The notes under the pieces: generated by a model
The model's input: only the letters and a program-made list of their open reading frames with translations
Told to the model about the DNA's origin: nothing
Databases searched by the model: none
Part shown: one piece after another, positions 1 through 9,396 of the stretch
Layout: every line of letters starts with the position of its first letter
Numbering within the stretch: the first letter of the stretch is position 1
DNA from: a bacterium
GTDB taxonomy: Bacteria; Desulfobacterota; DSWW01
NCBI GenBank assembly: GCA_040756235.1
Contig: JBFLZG010000005.1
Span: 37,997-95,849, forward strand
DNA: 57,853 nt
Reading direction: 5' to 3'
Program-made: the position numbers and the translations under genes

Positions 1-25
1 CGGGCGTATGGCCATACGCCCCTAC
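1..25. repeat. GTAG-type REP-like hairpin, truncated at window edge
   Basis: GGGCGTATGG/CCATACGCCC palindrome ending in CCCCTAC, the same end as the hairpins at 2626 and 34352. Confidence 0.6.
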
Positions 26-42
26 CCCAGGCGAGCGGAGAC

Positions 43-459
43 TCAAGCCACCCGGACGGCGATCCGGCACCTTGGGGAGCCCGCCGGGATGGACTCCAGG
101 ACCTCCAGCTCTCCTCCGAGGAGCTTCACGTACGCGCGGTCGAGATCCATGCAGGCGTCGCACACGCCTTTCTCTTCCGGGCGGTGGAAGCCGTAGGGAC
201 AGGCCTGGACCTGGAACTCGAATTCCCTCTCTCCTTCCCGGGTGATGTCCGGCTGGATCCCGGCCATGGCCAGGAACTTGAGCCATTCGGATTTCACGCC
301 TTCCAGGGTCGTGCTGCGTCTTCCCCCCAGGAGGGGTGCATGGAACGCCAGCTTCGCCGCAAGACGGCTCTGCCCGCGTACCACCCTGTCCCCGATTCCC
401 GGCACACGATACAGCAGGTAATTCAGTTTCCCCACCATCGGAAGCACTCTTCCCGCCAT
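43..459 (-). CDS. Hypothetical Cys-containing protein, V4R/ATC-hydrolase/MetOD1-like small ligand-binding fold
   Basis: 138 aa ORF with GAGG upstream; motif CPY...CxxC..LD...G.xxC resembles V4R-like domains; start could be M8. Confidence 0.6.
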   Translation of the reverse strand: MAGRVLPMVGKLNYLLYRVPGIGDRVVRGQSRLAAKLAFHAPLLGGRRSTTLEGVKSEWLKFLAMAGIQPDITREGEREFEFQVQACPYGFHRPEEKGVCDACMDLDRAYVKLLGGELEVLESIPAGSPRCRIAVRVA

Positions 460-683
460 CTGCCCGCCCTCCTCTGGCCCGAGTTGTCGTTCCCGCGCGC
501 AGTAGAAACCTGCAAAATTCTAACAAATCGGTAGGGGCCGATAAAGCGCAATCCTTGCGGCCGTGCGCGACGGGCCCACCTGCGGGCAGGCAGATGTTGC
601 TTCCTCGCGGCCCTGCGTCTATGATGAAGCGCCTTCGCTCCGGACATTCTCGCGCCATACACGAACAGGAAGGGACCGTGAGG

Positions 684-1241
684 ATGGGAAAAGAAAAGAA
701 GCGGCCAGGCCACGGCTTCGGAGTGCGGCTCCGCCATTTGCGCACGCGCAGGGCCCTGAGCGTGGATCAGCTGAGCGAGCAGACGGGGCTCAAGGCGGAC
801 TATCTGGAAAGACTCGAAAACCAGGAAGAGATTCCTTCCGTGTCCACGATCCTGCAGATCAGCCGGGCCCTTTCCCTGGACGCCGGGGACTTCCTGAAGC
901 CGGACGAGCAGGACGCCAAGGAACGAAAACGCGCGGAGACCTACGAGAAGCGGACCCGCTCCTATGCTTACAAGACGCTCTCGCCCGGGGCGCACAAGAA
1001 GCACTTGAAGGCGTTCCTGGTGACGATCGACCCCAGGCAGGACCATGAGAAGGTCGGGTATCGCCACGAGGGTGAGGAGTTCGTGTATGTCCTCAGAGGA
1101 CAGGTGGAGATTCGAGTCGGCGGCAAGTCGCACTCTCTCAGGCGGGGGGGCACCCTCCATTTCGACTCCATCAAGCCCCATACATTGCGCAACCCCTCGG
1201 ATGAGAAGACCGAGCTGATCGTCGTCCTCTACACGCCCTGA
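684..1241 (+). CDS. XRE-family HTH plus cupin transcriptional regulator
   Basis: HTH (LRHLRTRRALSVDQLSEQTG...LENQEEIPSV) plus cupin (HEGEEFVYVLRG, HFDSIKPH); start trimmed from the 336 ORF. Confidence 0.9.
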   Translation: MGKEKKRPGHGFGVRLRHLRTRRALSVDQLSEQTGLKADYLERLENQEEIPSVSTILQISRALSLDAGDFLKPDEQDAKERKRAETYEKRTRSYAYKTLSPGAHKKHLKAFLVTIDPRQDHEKVGYRHEGEEFVYVLRGQVEIRVGGKSHSLRRGGTLHFDSIKPHTLRNPSDEKTELIVVLYTP

Positions 1242-1311
1242 AGCGACATCGTTGCAGGAATGGGTATTTTTCACCTGACTGTGAGGAGGGTGTCGAAAGA
1301 CACCCTGTTGA

Positions 1312-1474
1312 AGAGGCTGCCGAGAAATGGCCAGATGCAAGGCGCGCGAAAACCCGAGGAATGAGGCGTACACGAGGAGTCACAGTGGACCCCGGCCTTT
1401 CGCCGGGGCAGGCTCCCCCAGCCTCCATGCCCGGTGAGCGCAACGCCGCAGATGGCCGTTTCTCGACAGCCTCT
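1312..1474 (-). mobile_element. MITE family A copy 1, with internal REP-like cargo
   Basis: TIRs AGAGGCTGCCGAGAAA / TTTCTCGACAGCCTCT (15/16); core CAGATGCAAGGCGCGCG...GGAATGAGGC shared with the 23003 and 38764 copies and partly with 43461; flanking hairpin AGGGTGTC-GAAA-GACACCCT at 1287-1306. Confidence 0.8.
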
Positions 1475-1492
1475 GTGAGGAGGGGCGGGGCC

Positions 1493-2635
1493 ATGTCGTG
1501 GATATTGACCGAAGAGCAGCGAATGATCCAGATGATGGTGCGGGAATTCGCCCGCAAGGAGATCGAGCCGCGAGCCGCCGAGAACGATCGGACGGGAAAG
1601 TTCCCCGCTGACGTGATCTCGAAGATGGGCGAGCTCGGTCTCATGGGCATGATGGTTCCCGCTTCCTACGGAGGCGCCGAGGTCGGGGCGGTGGCTTACT
1701 CCGTAGCTTTGCAGGAGATCGCTTACGCCTGCGCATCGACGGCAATCACCATGAGCGTGACGAATCTGTGCTGCGAGCCGATCGTCCATTTCGGCTCCGA
1801 CGACCAGAAGAGAAGGTGGCTGCCTCCTGTGGCCGGCGGCGACAGCCTCGGCGCCTTTGCCCTGACCGAGTCGGAAGCCGGATCGGACCCTGGAAACATG
1901 CGGACCGTGGCCAAGAGGAAAGGGGACGACTACCGGATCTCGGGGACCAAGGTCTTCATCACGAACGGGGGGCACGCGGGTACTTTCATCCTGATGGCCC
2001 GAACCCAGGAGGGGGGCGGGAACAAGGGCCTGACCGCATTTCTGGTCTCCAAGGATGCGCCAGGGCTTCAGATCGGGGCCGAGGAACAGAAGATGGGCCT
2101 GAGGGCCTCCAACACGGTGGAGCTCATCCTGGACGACTGCATCGTCCCCGCGGAACAGCGGCTGGGGGAGGAAGGGCAGGGCTTCATCGTCGCCATGGTG
2201 GCCTTGGACAGCGGCAGGATCGGAGTGGCGTCACAAGCGATGGGGATCGCTCAGGCCTGCCTGGACGAGGCCGTCCGTTACAGCAAAGAGCGCAAGCAGT
2301 TCGGCCGCTACCTGTCCGGTTTCCAGGCCATTGCCTGGATGATCGCCGACATGACCACCGAGCTGGAGGCCGCACGGCTGCTGACCTGGCAGGCGGCCCG
2401 CAAGAAAGACCTGGGCCTGCCCTTCACCCAGGACGCCTCGATGGCCAAGCTCTATGCCTCGGAAATGGTGAACCGGGCCGCCTATCACGCCTTGCAGATC
2501 CACGGCGGATACGGGTACACCAAGCACTTCAAGGTGGAGCGGCTCTACCGCGACGCCCGGGTCACCACCCTCTACGAGGGGACCTCCGAGGTGCAGAGGA
2601 TCGTCATCTCCCGCGAGGCCCTGCGCAGCGCGTAG
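1493..2635 (+). CDS. Acyl-CoA dehydrogenase (butyryl-CoA DH-like)
   Basis: GAFALTESEAGSD, GTKVFITNG, KMGLRAS, ALQIHGGYGY, catalytic YEGTSE; SD GAGGAGG before ATG 1493. Confidence 0.93.
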   Translation: MSWILTEEQRMIQMMVREFARKEIEPRAAENDRTGKFPADVISKMGELGLMGMMVPASYGGAEVGAVAYSVALQEIAYACASTAITMSVTNLCCEPIVHFGSDDQKRRWLPPVAGGDSLGAFALTESEAGSDPGNMRTVAKRKGDDYRISGTKVFITNGGHAGTFILMARTQEGGGNKGLTAFLVSKDAPGLQIGAEEQKMGLRASNTVELILDDCIVPAEQRLGEEGQGFIVAMVALDSGRIGVASQAMGIAQACLDEAVRYSKERKQFGRYLSGFQAIAWMIADMTTELEAARLLTWQAARKKDLGLPFTQDASMAKLYASEMVNRAAYHALQIHGGYGYTKHFKVERLYRDARVTTLYEGTSEVQRIVISREALRSA

Positions 2636-2665
2636 GGGCGAAAGATGTTTCGCCCCTACGCGCTG
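2626..2665. repeat. GTAG REP-like perfect hairpin, possible bidirectional terminator
   Basis: 18-bp perfect stem CAGCGCGTAGGGGCGAAA-GATG-TTTCGCCCCTACGCGCTG between convergent ACAD and lpdA; overlaps ACAD TAG stop. Confidence 0.8.
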
Positions 2666-2666
2666 C

Positions 2667-4073
2667 CTACCCGTGGATGCTGCGGCGGTCCACAGCCAGC
2701 GCCGCCTCCTTCAGGGCTTCGGACAGGGTCGGGTGTGCGTGGGTTGTGCGGGCGAGGTCTTCCGAGCTCGCGTGGAATTCCAAGGCCAGGACCGCTTCGG
2801 CGATCAGCTCCGAGGCGCGCGGCCCGACGATGTGGACGCCCAGCAGGCGGTCGGTTTCCGCGTGGGAGACGAGCTTGACCATGCCCTCGTCTTCGCCCAG
2901 GCACCTGGCGCGGCCGTTTGCCTTGAAATAGCATCGGCCCGTTCTGCAAGGCAGCCCCTGAGCCTTGGCCTCCTCCTCCGTCAGTCCGACCTGGGCCAGC
3001 TCCGGCGCGGTGTAAACGATGCTGGGGATCGTCTCGTAGTTCACATGGCCGCTTCGGCCGGAGAGGGTCTCGGCGACCGCGATCCCCTCCTCCTCGGCCT
3101 TGTGGGCGAGCATCGGGCCGCGGATCAGGTCGCCGATGGCGTACACGCCCGGCACGCCGGTCCGAAAGGCGCCGTCCACCTCGATCCTGCCTGTGCGGTC
3201 CAGCCGGACCCTCGATTCCTGGAGGCCGAGACGCTGCGTGGCGGGCCGCCGGCCGACCGCAACGAGGACCTTGTCGCATTCCAGTGCTTCCGGCTGCTCG
3301 TCCCGGCCGGCGACGGTCAGATGCAGGCGGTCCTCTCTGACTTCCGCTCCCTGCACCTGGCAGCCCAGGCGCAGCTCGAGCCCCTGCCGGATGAGGGAGC
3401 GCTCCAGGGCCTTGGCGACCTGGCGGTCCGCGAACGGCACGACGTGGGGAAGCATCTCGACGACCGTGACCTTTGCCCCCAAACGGCGCCACACGCTGCC
3501 CAGCTCCAGGCCTACCGCGCCCGCTCCGACGACGACCAGATGGTCGGGGACCTTGTTCAGCGAGAGCGTCTCGGTCGAGCTCAGGACGTAGTGCCCGTCG
3601 AAAGGAAGTGACGGAATCTCCGCGGGCAGGCTGCCCGCGGCGAGCACGATGTGCTTCGCGCGGATCTCCTGCGCCTGTCCGTTCCGGACCACGCCCACCC
3701 GGCCCTCACCAGCCAGCGCACCCCGCCCGTTCACCACCTTGACCCTGTTCTTCTTCATGAGCAGCGCGATGCCTTCGGTGAGCTGCCGGACGACCTGGTC
3801 CTTGCGCGCCATCATCCGCCCCAGATCCAGCTCCGTGCGGGCGGCGACGATTCCATGCTCCTGCAAGCCGTTTGCGGAGCGCTGGAACAGCTCGCTCGAC
3901 TCCAGGAGCGCCTTGGAGGGGATGCATCCCACATTGAGACAGGTCCCCCCCAGCCTGGATTCCTGCTCGATCAGCGCCACCTTCATTCCGAGCTGCGCGG
4001 CTCGAATCGCCGCCACGTACCCGCCGGGACCGGCGCCGATGACGGCCAAATCGAAAGCTCCCCCCGTATCCAT
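2667..4073 (-). CDS. lpdA: Dihydrolipoamide dehydrogenase (E3)
   Basis: GAGPGG FAD motif, redox-active GGTCLNVGCIPSK, C-terminal HAHPTLSE. Confidence 0.97.
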   Translation of the reverse strand: MDTGGAFDLAVIGAGPGGYVAAIRAAQLGMKVALIEQESRLGGTCLNVGCIPSKALLESSELFQRSANGLQEHGIVAARTELDLGRMMARKDQVVRQLTEGIALLMKKNRVKVVNGRGALAGEGRVGVVRNGQAQEIRAKHIVLAAGSLPAEIPSLPFDGHYVLSSTETLSLNKVPDHLVVVGAGAVGLELGSVWRRLGAKVTVVEMLPHVVPFADRQVAKALERSLIRQGLELRLGCQVQGAEVREDRLHLTVAGRDEQPEALECDKVLVAVGRRPATQRLGLQESRVRLDRTGRIEVDGAFRTGVPGVYAIGDLIRGPMLAHKAEEEGIAVAETLSGRSGHVNYETIPSIVYTAPELAQVGLTEEEAKAQGLPCRTGRCYFKANGRARCLGEDEGMVKLVSHAETDRLLGVHIVGPRASELIAEAVLALEFHASSEDLARTTHAHPTLSEALKEAALAVDRRSIHG

Positions 4074-4076
4074 GAC

Positions 4077-5492
4077 TCACACCTCCAATAGCATTCGTTC
4101 CGGATCCTCGACGCACTGGACGATGCGCTTGAGGAAGGTGACGGCTTCGCGGCCGTCGATCAACCGGTGGTCGTAGGACAAGGCAAGGTACATCATCGGC
4201 CGGACGACGATCGCGTCGTCGACCACGACCGGCCGCTTCTTGATCGCGTGCATGCCCAGGATGCTGCTTTGGGGCGGGTTCAGGATGGGCGTGCTCATGA
4301 GGGAGCCGAAGACGCCGCCGTTCGAGATCGTGAAAACGCCGCCGGTCAGGTCGGAAAGGGTGATAGACCTCGAACGGACCTTTCGTTCCAGCTCGACGAT
4401 GGCCATTTCGATTCCGGCAAAGCCGAGCTTGTCGGCGTCCCGGATCACGGGGACGACAAGCCCCCGGTCGGAGCTGATCGCCACGCCGATGTCATAGTAA
4501 TGGTTTTCCACGATCTCATCACCCTGGATCTGGGCGTTCACCTCGGGCATCGACTTCAAGGCATCGACGGACGCCTTGACGAAAAAGGACATCAACCCGA
4601 GACCGATGTTGTAGCGCTCCCGGAAGAGCTGCCTGTGCTTCTGCCGCCAGGCCAGCACGTTGGTCATGTCCGCTTCGTTGAAGGTGGTCAGGATGGCGGC
4701 GGTCTGCTGGGCCATGACCAGCCGTTCCGCGATGCGCTGTCGCAAGGGGCTCATGGGCTTGCGGGTCTGGCGTTCCGTCACCGGCGCTGGCTCGGCAGGG
4801 AGCGGAGTCGGCGCCTCCGCCTCCGGCGCCCCCTCGGGCGGCGGAGGAACGGCCGGGGGCCGGGCCTTCTCGAGCGGGCTGGTCTGCACCTGACGGACGA
4901 CGTCCTCCTTGGTAATGCGGCCTCCCCTGCCTGTGCCGGAGATCGTCCTCGGGTCGATCTGGTACTCCTCGAGCATTCTTCTCGCAGAGGGGGACAAGGC
5001 CTCACCTTCCGTCTTGGCGCCGAGCTTGGACCGGGCCTGGGCGAGGCCGGCCGGCGGCGAGAGCGGCGGGCCCTGGGTCCGGCTGATCGGCGTTTCCGGC
5101 CTGCGGCCCTGCGGCTCCTTCGCAGCAGGCTCCGGGAAGGAGAGGGAAGGGGGAGGCACGGGACGGACCGGTGCCTCGGGCTGCTCCGGCTCCTGCCCGG
5201 CAGGCGCCGGCCGAATCGGCTGCTGCTTCGGCGCCGGGCCGGCCGCGGGCCTGGCGGCCGCGGTGTCGATCCTGGCCACGACTTGGCCGACCTTCACCCG
5301 CTCCCCGCCCGGCACCAGGATCTCGAGCTTGCCCGCGCTTTCTGCCTGGACCGTGAGCGTGACCTTGTCCGTTTCCAGCTCGAACAAGGGATCGTCGATC
5401 TCGACGAAGTCCCCCGACTGCTTGAACCACTCGACCAGAGTCCCTTCCGTGATCGACTCACCCACCTCCGGCACCTTGACGTCAGCGAGCAT
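4077..5492 (-). CDS. sucB: 2-oxoglutarate dehydrogenase E2 (dihydrolipoamide succinyltransferase)
   Basis: Lipoyl ETDKV, E3-binding [12 protein letters not shown], catalytic [10 protein letters not shown]; start at [13 protein letters not shown]. Confidence 0.96.
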   Translation of the reverse strand: MLADVKVPEVGESITEGTLVEWFKQSGDFVEIDDPLFELETDKVTLTVQAESAGKLEILVPGGERVKVGQVVARIDTAAARPAAGPAPKQQPIRPAPAGQEPEQPEAPVRPVPPPSLSFPEPAAKEPQGRRPETPISRTQGPPLSPPAGLAQARSKLGAKTEGEALSPSARRMLEEYQIDPRTISGTGRGGRITKEDVVRQVQTSPLEKARPPAVPPPPEGAPEAEAPTPLPAEPAPVTERQTRKPMSPLRQRIAERLVMAQQTAAILTTFNEADMTNVLAWRQKHRQLFRERYNIGLGLMSFFVKASVDALKSMPEVNAQIQGDEIVENHYYDIGVAISSDRGLVVPVIRDADKLGFAGIEMAIVELERKVRSRSITLSDLTGGVFTISNGGVFGSLMSTPILNPPQSSILGMHAIKKRPVVVDDAIVVRPMMYLALSYDHRLIDGREAVTFLKRIVQCVEDPERMLLEV

Positions 5493-5524
5493 CTTCTGGC
5501 CCCCTTGCAGGTGAAAGCTTAAGA

Positions 5525-5661
5525 AAATGGTAAGGGTCAAAGGGTAAAGGGCAAAGGTCAGGTCACAGGGCAAAAGCAAAGGAGAAAGGGTCGAGGAGGG
5601 GGAAAGCTTCTTTTCTTCTTTCCCCTTTCACCTTCTACCTCTTGCCTTCAGCTTTCCTTCC
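5525..5661. repeat. Degenerate heptamer tandem repeats in inverted arrangement
   Basis: Purine-rich units (AAGGGTC, AAAGGGT, AAAGGGC, AAAGGTC) followed by complementary pyrimidine units (TTCACCT, TCTACCT, CTTGCCT, TCAGCTT); overlaps sucA stop. Confidence 0.6.
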
Positions 5662-8408
5662 TGTGACTGGGTCAGAGCGGCACGGACGAGCTGCTCCTGC
5701 TCCTGTTTGTGGATCTTGAGAGAGCCGGTCGCCGGGCTTGCGCTGGCAGGCCGCCCCACGTAAAGAATCCGGCGGCCCGGGAACAGATCCAGAAGCCTCG
5801 GAAACATGAAAGACCATCCGCCTCGGTTCTTCGACTCCTCCTGGGCCCAGACGATCTCTTCCGCATCCGCGTACTTCTGCCGGATCCGCTCCATCTCGGA
5901 TTCGGGAAAAGGGTAGAACTGCTCGATCCGGACCAGGGCCGCGTCGTGGACCCTTTCGACTTCGCGGAACTCCAGAAGATCGTAGAAAACCTTGCCGCTG
6001 CAAAGCACCAGGCGGTGCGGCCGTTGCGGAGGCGAAGGATCGTCCAGGACCTCACGGAAGCCATCCGACCCGGTCAACAGCTCCTCCACCCCGGAGACCA
6101 CGAGGGGATGGCGGAGGAGGCTCTTGGGAGCCATAAGGATCAGGGGCCTGCGGAAATTCCGCTTCATCTGCCTCCGCAGCGCATGGAAATACTGGGCCGG
6201 GGTGGTCAGGTTGCAGACCTGGATGTTGTCCTCGGCACACGCGGCCAGATAGCGCTCGAGGTAGGCATTGGAGTGCTCGGGCCCCTGGCCTTCGTAGCCG
6301 TGGGGCAGCAGCATGACCAGCCCGCAGGTCCGCTGCCACTTCGACTCGGAGCTCACGATGAACTGGTCGATGATGACTTGGGCCCCGTTGGCAAAATCGC
6401 CGAACTGGGCCTCCCAAAGGACGAGCGACCGGGGCTCGGACAGGGCAAAGCCGTATTCGAACCCGAGCACCGCGGCTTCGGAGAGCAGGCTGTTGTAAAC
6501 GCAGAAGCTGGGTTGTCCGGGCCGGATCTGATTGAGCGGGATATACGGCTCCTGGGTGTTCATGTCGTGCCAGATGGCATGGCGCTGCGAAAAAGTCCCT
6601 CGCGCCACGTCCTCCCCGCTCAACCGCACCGACGTGCCCTCCCGGAGCAAGGTGCCGAAGGCCAGCATCTCCGCAAAGGGCCAGGCGATCGCACCTCGCT
6701 CGCGGACGCTCTTCATGTACTCCGGAAGCTTGCGCGCCACTTTCGGATTCAGGGCAAATCCGTCGGGTATCGTGGTCAGGGCGCGCGCGACCTCCACCAG
6801 AGCGGCGTGGTCCACGCCGGTCTCCACCCGCTCATGGGAATAAGGGTTGTCGAGCCCTTCCCAGAGCGCTTCGAAAGCCTGGACCTCGAGATCCGGGTTC
6901 TTGACCTTCACGTACTCGTAGGCCTGCATGAGGCTCGCCTTGAACTCCGCCGCGACCTTCTCCCCTTGGTCGGGCGTCAAGTCGCCGCTCTCGATCAGGC
7001 GCTGCATGTAGAGCCTGCGGACCGAAGGCCGGTCCTTGATCTTCCGGTAGAGGACCGGCTGGGTATAGGCGGGTTCGTCGCCTTCATTGTGCCCGTGCCG
7101 GCGGTAGCAGATGATGTCCACGACCACGTCCTTGCCGAACTCCTGGCGGAACAGCAGCGCCAGCTCGCAGACGTAGACGACGGCTTCGGGGTCGTCCCCG
7201 TTCACGTGAAAGATGGGGGCCTCGATCATCTTGGCGACGTCGGTCGAATAATAGGTGGAGCGGCAGTCCCGGGGAACGGTCGTGAACCCGATCTGATTGT
7301 TGATGATGAGATGGACGGTCCCGCCCGTGCGGTAGCCGTCGAGCTGCGACAGGTTCAAAGTTTCGGCGACCAGTCCCTGGCCCGAGAAGGCGGCGTCGCC
7401 GTGGATCAGCAGGGGGACCACTTTCCTCCGCTGCTCCGTGTCTCTGCGCTGGATCTGCTTGGCGCGGACGCGGCCTTCCACCACCGGATCGACCGCCTCC
7501 AGATGGCTCGGATTCGATGCGAGGCTGATGTGCAGGACGTGCCCCTTCGCATTCACATGGTCCGAAGTGTAGCCCCGGTGGTACTTGACGTCTCCGTCGC
7601 CGGCCACGGAATCGGGCAGGTAGTTCCCTTCGAACTCGGAGAAGATGGTGGAATACGACTGGTGCAGGATGTTGGCGAGCACGTTCAACCGCCCCCGGTG
7701 GGCCATGCCGATGGCGATCTCCTCGATGCCCACTTCCGGCGCCAGCTCCACGATCGCGTCCAGCCCGGCGATCACCGATTCCGAGCCTTCGAGCGAAAAC
7801 CGCTTCTGGCCCAGGTAGCGGCCGTGAGTGAACGTCTCGAACAGCTCGGCGTCGTTCAGGCACCGGAGGATCTGCATCTTGCGGTCGCGGCTGAAGCTCG
7901 GACTGTTGCGGATCGGTTCCATCCGGGACTGGAGCCAGCGCCGCACGGCCACGTCCTGGATGTGCAGGTACTCGACCCCGATCGACCGGCAGTAGGTCTG
8001 CCGGAGAATGCCCAGGATCTCGCCCAGCGGCGCCCGCTGGGGACCGCCCAGATGGCCCGTGTCGAAGACGCGGTCGAGGTCCTTGTCCGTGAAGCCGAAC
8101 TTTTCCAGTTCCAGCTCCGGATGACTCGTGATGTTGTTGCCGAGCGGATCGAGTTGGGCGATGATATGCCCCTGGCTGCGGTAGGCGTAGATCAGGCTCG
8201 CCACTCGGGACTGGGCCCGCGCCTGCTCGGCCGCCACGCAGTGGCGCGGGCACATGGCCATTTCGAATCCCTGGAAGAAGACCTGCCATTCCGGGCTCAC
8301 CGCGGTTTCGTCTTCCTTCCACCGCTCGTACAGGGCTTCGACGAACCGGTAGCTCGCCAGAGCGGCCGTGGAACCGGACGATTCTTTGTCCAGACGTTGT
8401 ACGGACAA
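5628..8408 (-). CDS. sucA: 2-oxoglutarate dehydrogenase E1
   Basis: KRFSLEG, GMAHRGRLN, NPSHLE, TPP motif HGDAAFSGQG, WEAQFGDF, LPHGYEGQGPEHS; TTG start uncertain. Confidence 0.96.
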   Translation of the reverse strand: MSVQRLDKESSGSTAALASYRFVEALYERWKEDETAVSPEWQVFFQGFEMAMCPRHCVAAEQARAQSRVASLIYAYRSQGHIIAQLDPLGNNITSHPELELEKFGFTDKDLDRVFDTGHLGGPQRAPLGEILGILRQTYCRSIGVEYLHIQDVAVRRWLQSRMEPIRNSPSFSRDRKMQILRCLNDAELFETFTHGRYLGQKRFSLEGSESVIAGLDAIVELAPEVGIEEIAIGMAHRGRLNVLANILHQSYSTIFSEFEGNYLPDSVAGDGDVKYHRGYTSDHVNAKGHVLHISLASNPSHLEAVDPVVEGRVRAKQIQRRDTEQRRKVVPLLIHGDAAFSGQGLVAETLNLSQLDGYRTGGTVHLIINNQIGFTTVPRDCRSTYYSTDVAKMIEAPIFHVNGDDPEAVVYVCELALLFRQEFGKDVVVDIICYRRHGHNEGDEPAYTQPVLYRKIKDRPSVRRLYMQRLIESGDLTPDQGEKVAAEFKASLMQAYEYVKVKNPDLEVQAFEALWEGLDNPYSHERVETGVDHAALVEVARALTTIPDGFALNPKVARKLPEYMKSVRERGAIAWPFAEMLAFGTLLREGTSVRLSGEDVARGTFSQRHAIWHDMNTQEPYIPLNQIRPGQPSFCVYNSLLSEAAVLGFEYGFALSEPRSLVLWEAQFGDFANGAQVIIDQFIVSSESKWQRTCGLVMLLPHGYEGQGPEHSNAYLERYLAACAEDNIQVCNLTTPAQYFHALRRQMKRNFRRPLILMAPKSLLRHPLVVSGVEELLTGSDGFREVLDDPSPPQRPHRLVLCSGKVFYDLLEFREVERVHDAALVRIEQFYPFPESEMERIRQKYADAEEIVWAQEESKNRGGWSFMFPRLLDLFPGRRILYVGRPASASPATGSLKIHKQEQEQLVRAALTQSQEGKLKARGRR

Positions 8409-8643
8409 AGTTCTTTACCTCCATGCAAGCGTCGTTGAAACGGTTCCGCGGGGCCGGGTAAACGCTCCACGGGAGCGTTTCTTTATCGGAATTGTTTGTT
8501 ATCAAAAGTTTACGGGATCCGGCTCGACGCGGCAACTCGACGCGGCACCGGGCGGGCGGCGCCCCGGGCCTAAAGATCTCCACGACGGGCATGAGGAGCC
8601 TGGGCGGGAGGCAGGCCCAGGGCCGATCCCGTGCAGCCAATCG

Positions 8644-8689
8644 TTGACAATTTAAGATGTAACATATAAAGTTAGCCAAGACAAACTTT
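8644..8689 (+). promoter_or_regulatory. Sigma70 promoter with overlapping palindromic operator (DtxR/MntR-box-like)
   Basis: TTGACA 8644-8649, 17 bp spacer, TAAAGT 8667-8672; imperfect palindrome AAAGTTAGCCAAGACAAACTTT 8668-8689 (16/22 symmetric). Confidence 0.7.
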
Positions 8690-8701
8690 CGTGCGCATCC
8701 C

Positions 8702-9160
8702 ATGCCCAAACAAGAGCTGAGCCCCAACCTGGAAGACTATCTCGAAACGATTTACGAGCTGTGCCAACAGGACGGCATCGCCCGCGTCAAGGACATCGCA
8801 GCCCGGCTGTCGGTCACCAACCCCAGCGCGGTCGGCGCGATCAAGGCCCTGAAACGACGGGACTTGGTCAGCCAGGAGCGCTACGGGTACGTCCGCCTCA
8901 CGCTGCCCGGGCAGGAGCAGGGGGCGGCCATCCTCCACAAGCACGGGGTGCTCACCAACTTTCTGGAGAACGTCCTCGGTCTCGACGCTGAGACCGCCTC
9001 TCAGGATGCCTGCAGGCTCGAGCATGCAGCCAGTCCGGAAACGGTGCGGCGCCTCTTGGCCTTCGCTGAATTCGTCAAGGACAAGCGGGACGGCTCCCTG
9101 GGATGGCACGAGGCTTTCCGGCTCTTCTACAGGAAGCGCACAGGCATAAGGAAGGCATGA
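8702..9160 (+). CDS. DtxR/MntR-family metal-dependent transcriptional regulator (no SH3 domain)
   Basis: EDYLETIYEL, ARVKDIA...V..PS, HGVLTNFL, DACRLEH. Confidence 0.92.
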   Translation: MPKQELSPNLEDYLETIYELCQQDGIARVKDIAARLSVTNPSAVGAIKALKRRDLVSQERYGYVRLTLPGQEQGAAILHKHGVLTNFLENVLGLDAETASQDACRLEHAASPETVRRLLAFAEFVKDKRDGSLGWHEAFRLFYRKRTGIRKA

Positions 9161-9396
9161 TCACGACGCTGGAGCGGCTCAGGAACGGCAGGCAGGGCCT
9201 GGTCCTCGAAATCAGGGGAGGGAAGGCCCTGCGCCAGCGACTGGCCCGACTCGGCGTGCACCCGGGCGACAGGGTGCGGGTCATCCGGATCGGTTCCTTC
9301 GGGGGGCCGGTGCTGATCGACATCCATGGCGCCGAGGTGGCGATCGGCAGGGGGATGGCCCAGAAGATCGAGCTGGAGGTTTCGGAGCACGCATGA
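9157..9396 (+). CDS. feoA: Ferrous iron transport protein A
   Basis: RLARLGVHPG...GPVLIDIHGAEVAIGRGMA; ATGA overlaps with both neighbours. Confidence 0.92.
   Translation: MITTLERLRNGRQGLVLEIRGGKALRQRLARLGVHPGDRVRVIRIGSFGGPVLIDIHGAEVAIGRGMAQKIELEVSEHA

Noticed and set aside
1361..1492. N-terminal extension of ACAD (and likewise of korG at 38722-38841)
   Set aside because: Translated MITE sequence; family homology begins at downstream ATGs
5709..8438. Very long antisense/alternate-frame ORFs (e.g. 5709-8438, 14851-16710, 20666-23050, 35931-38282, 43966-45750, 52611-54854, 56002-57693)
   Set aside because: Shadows of genuine high-GC genes on the opposite strand; no recognisable motifs
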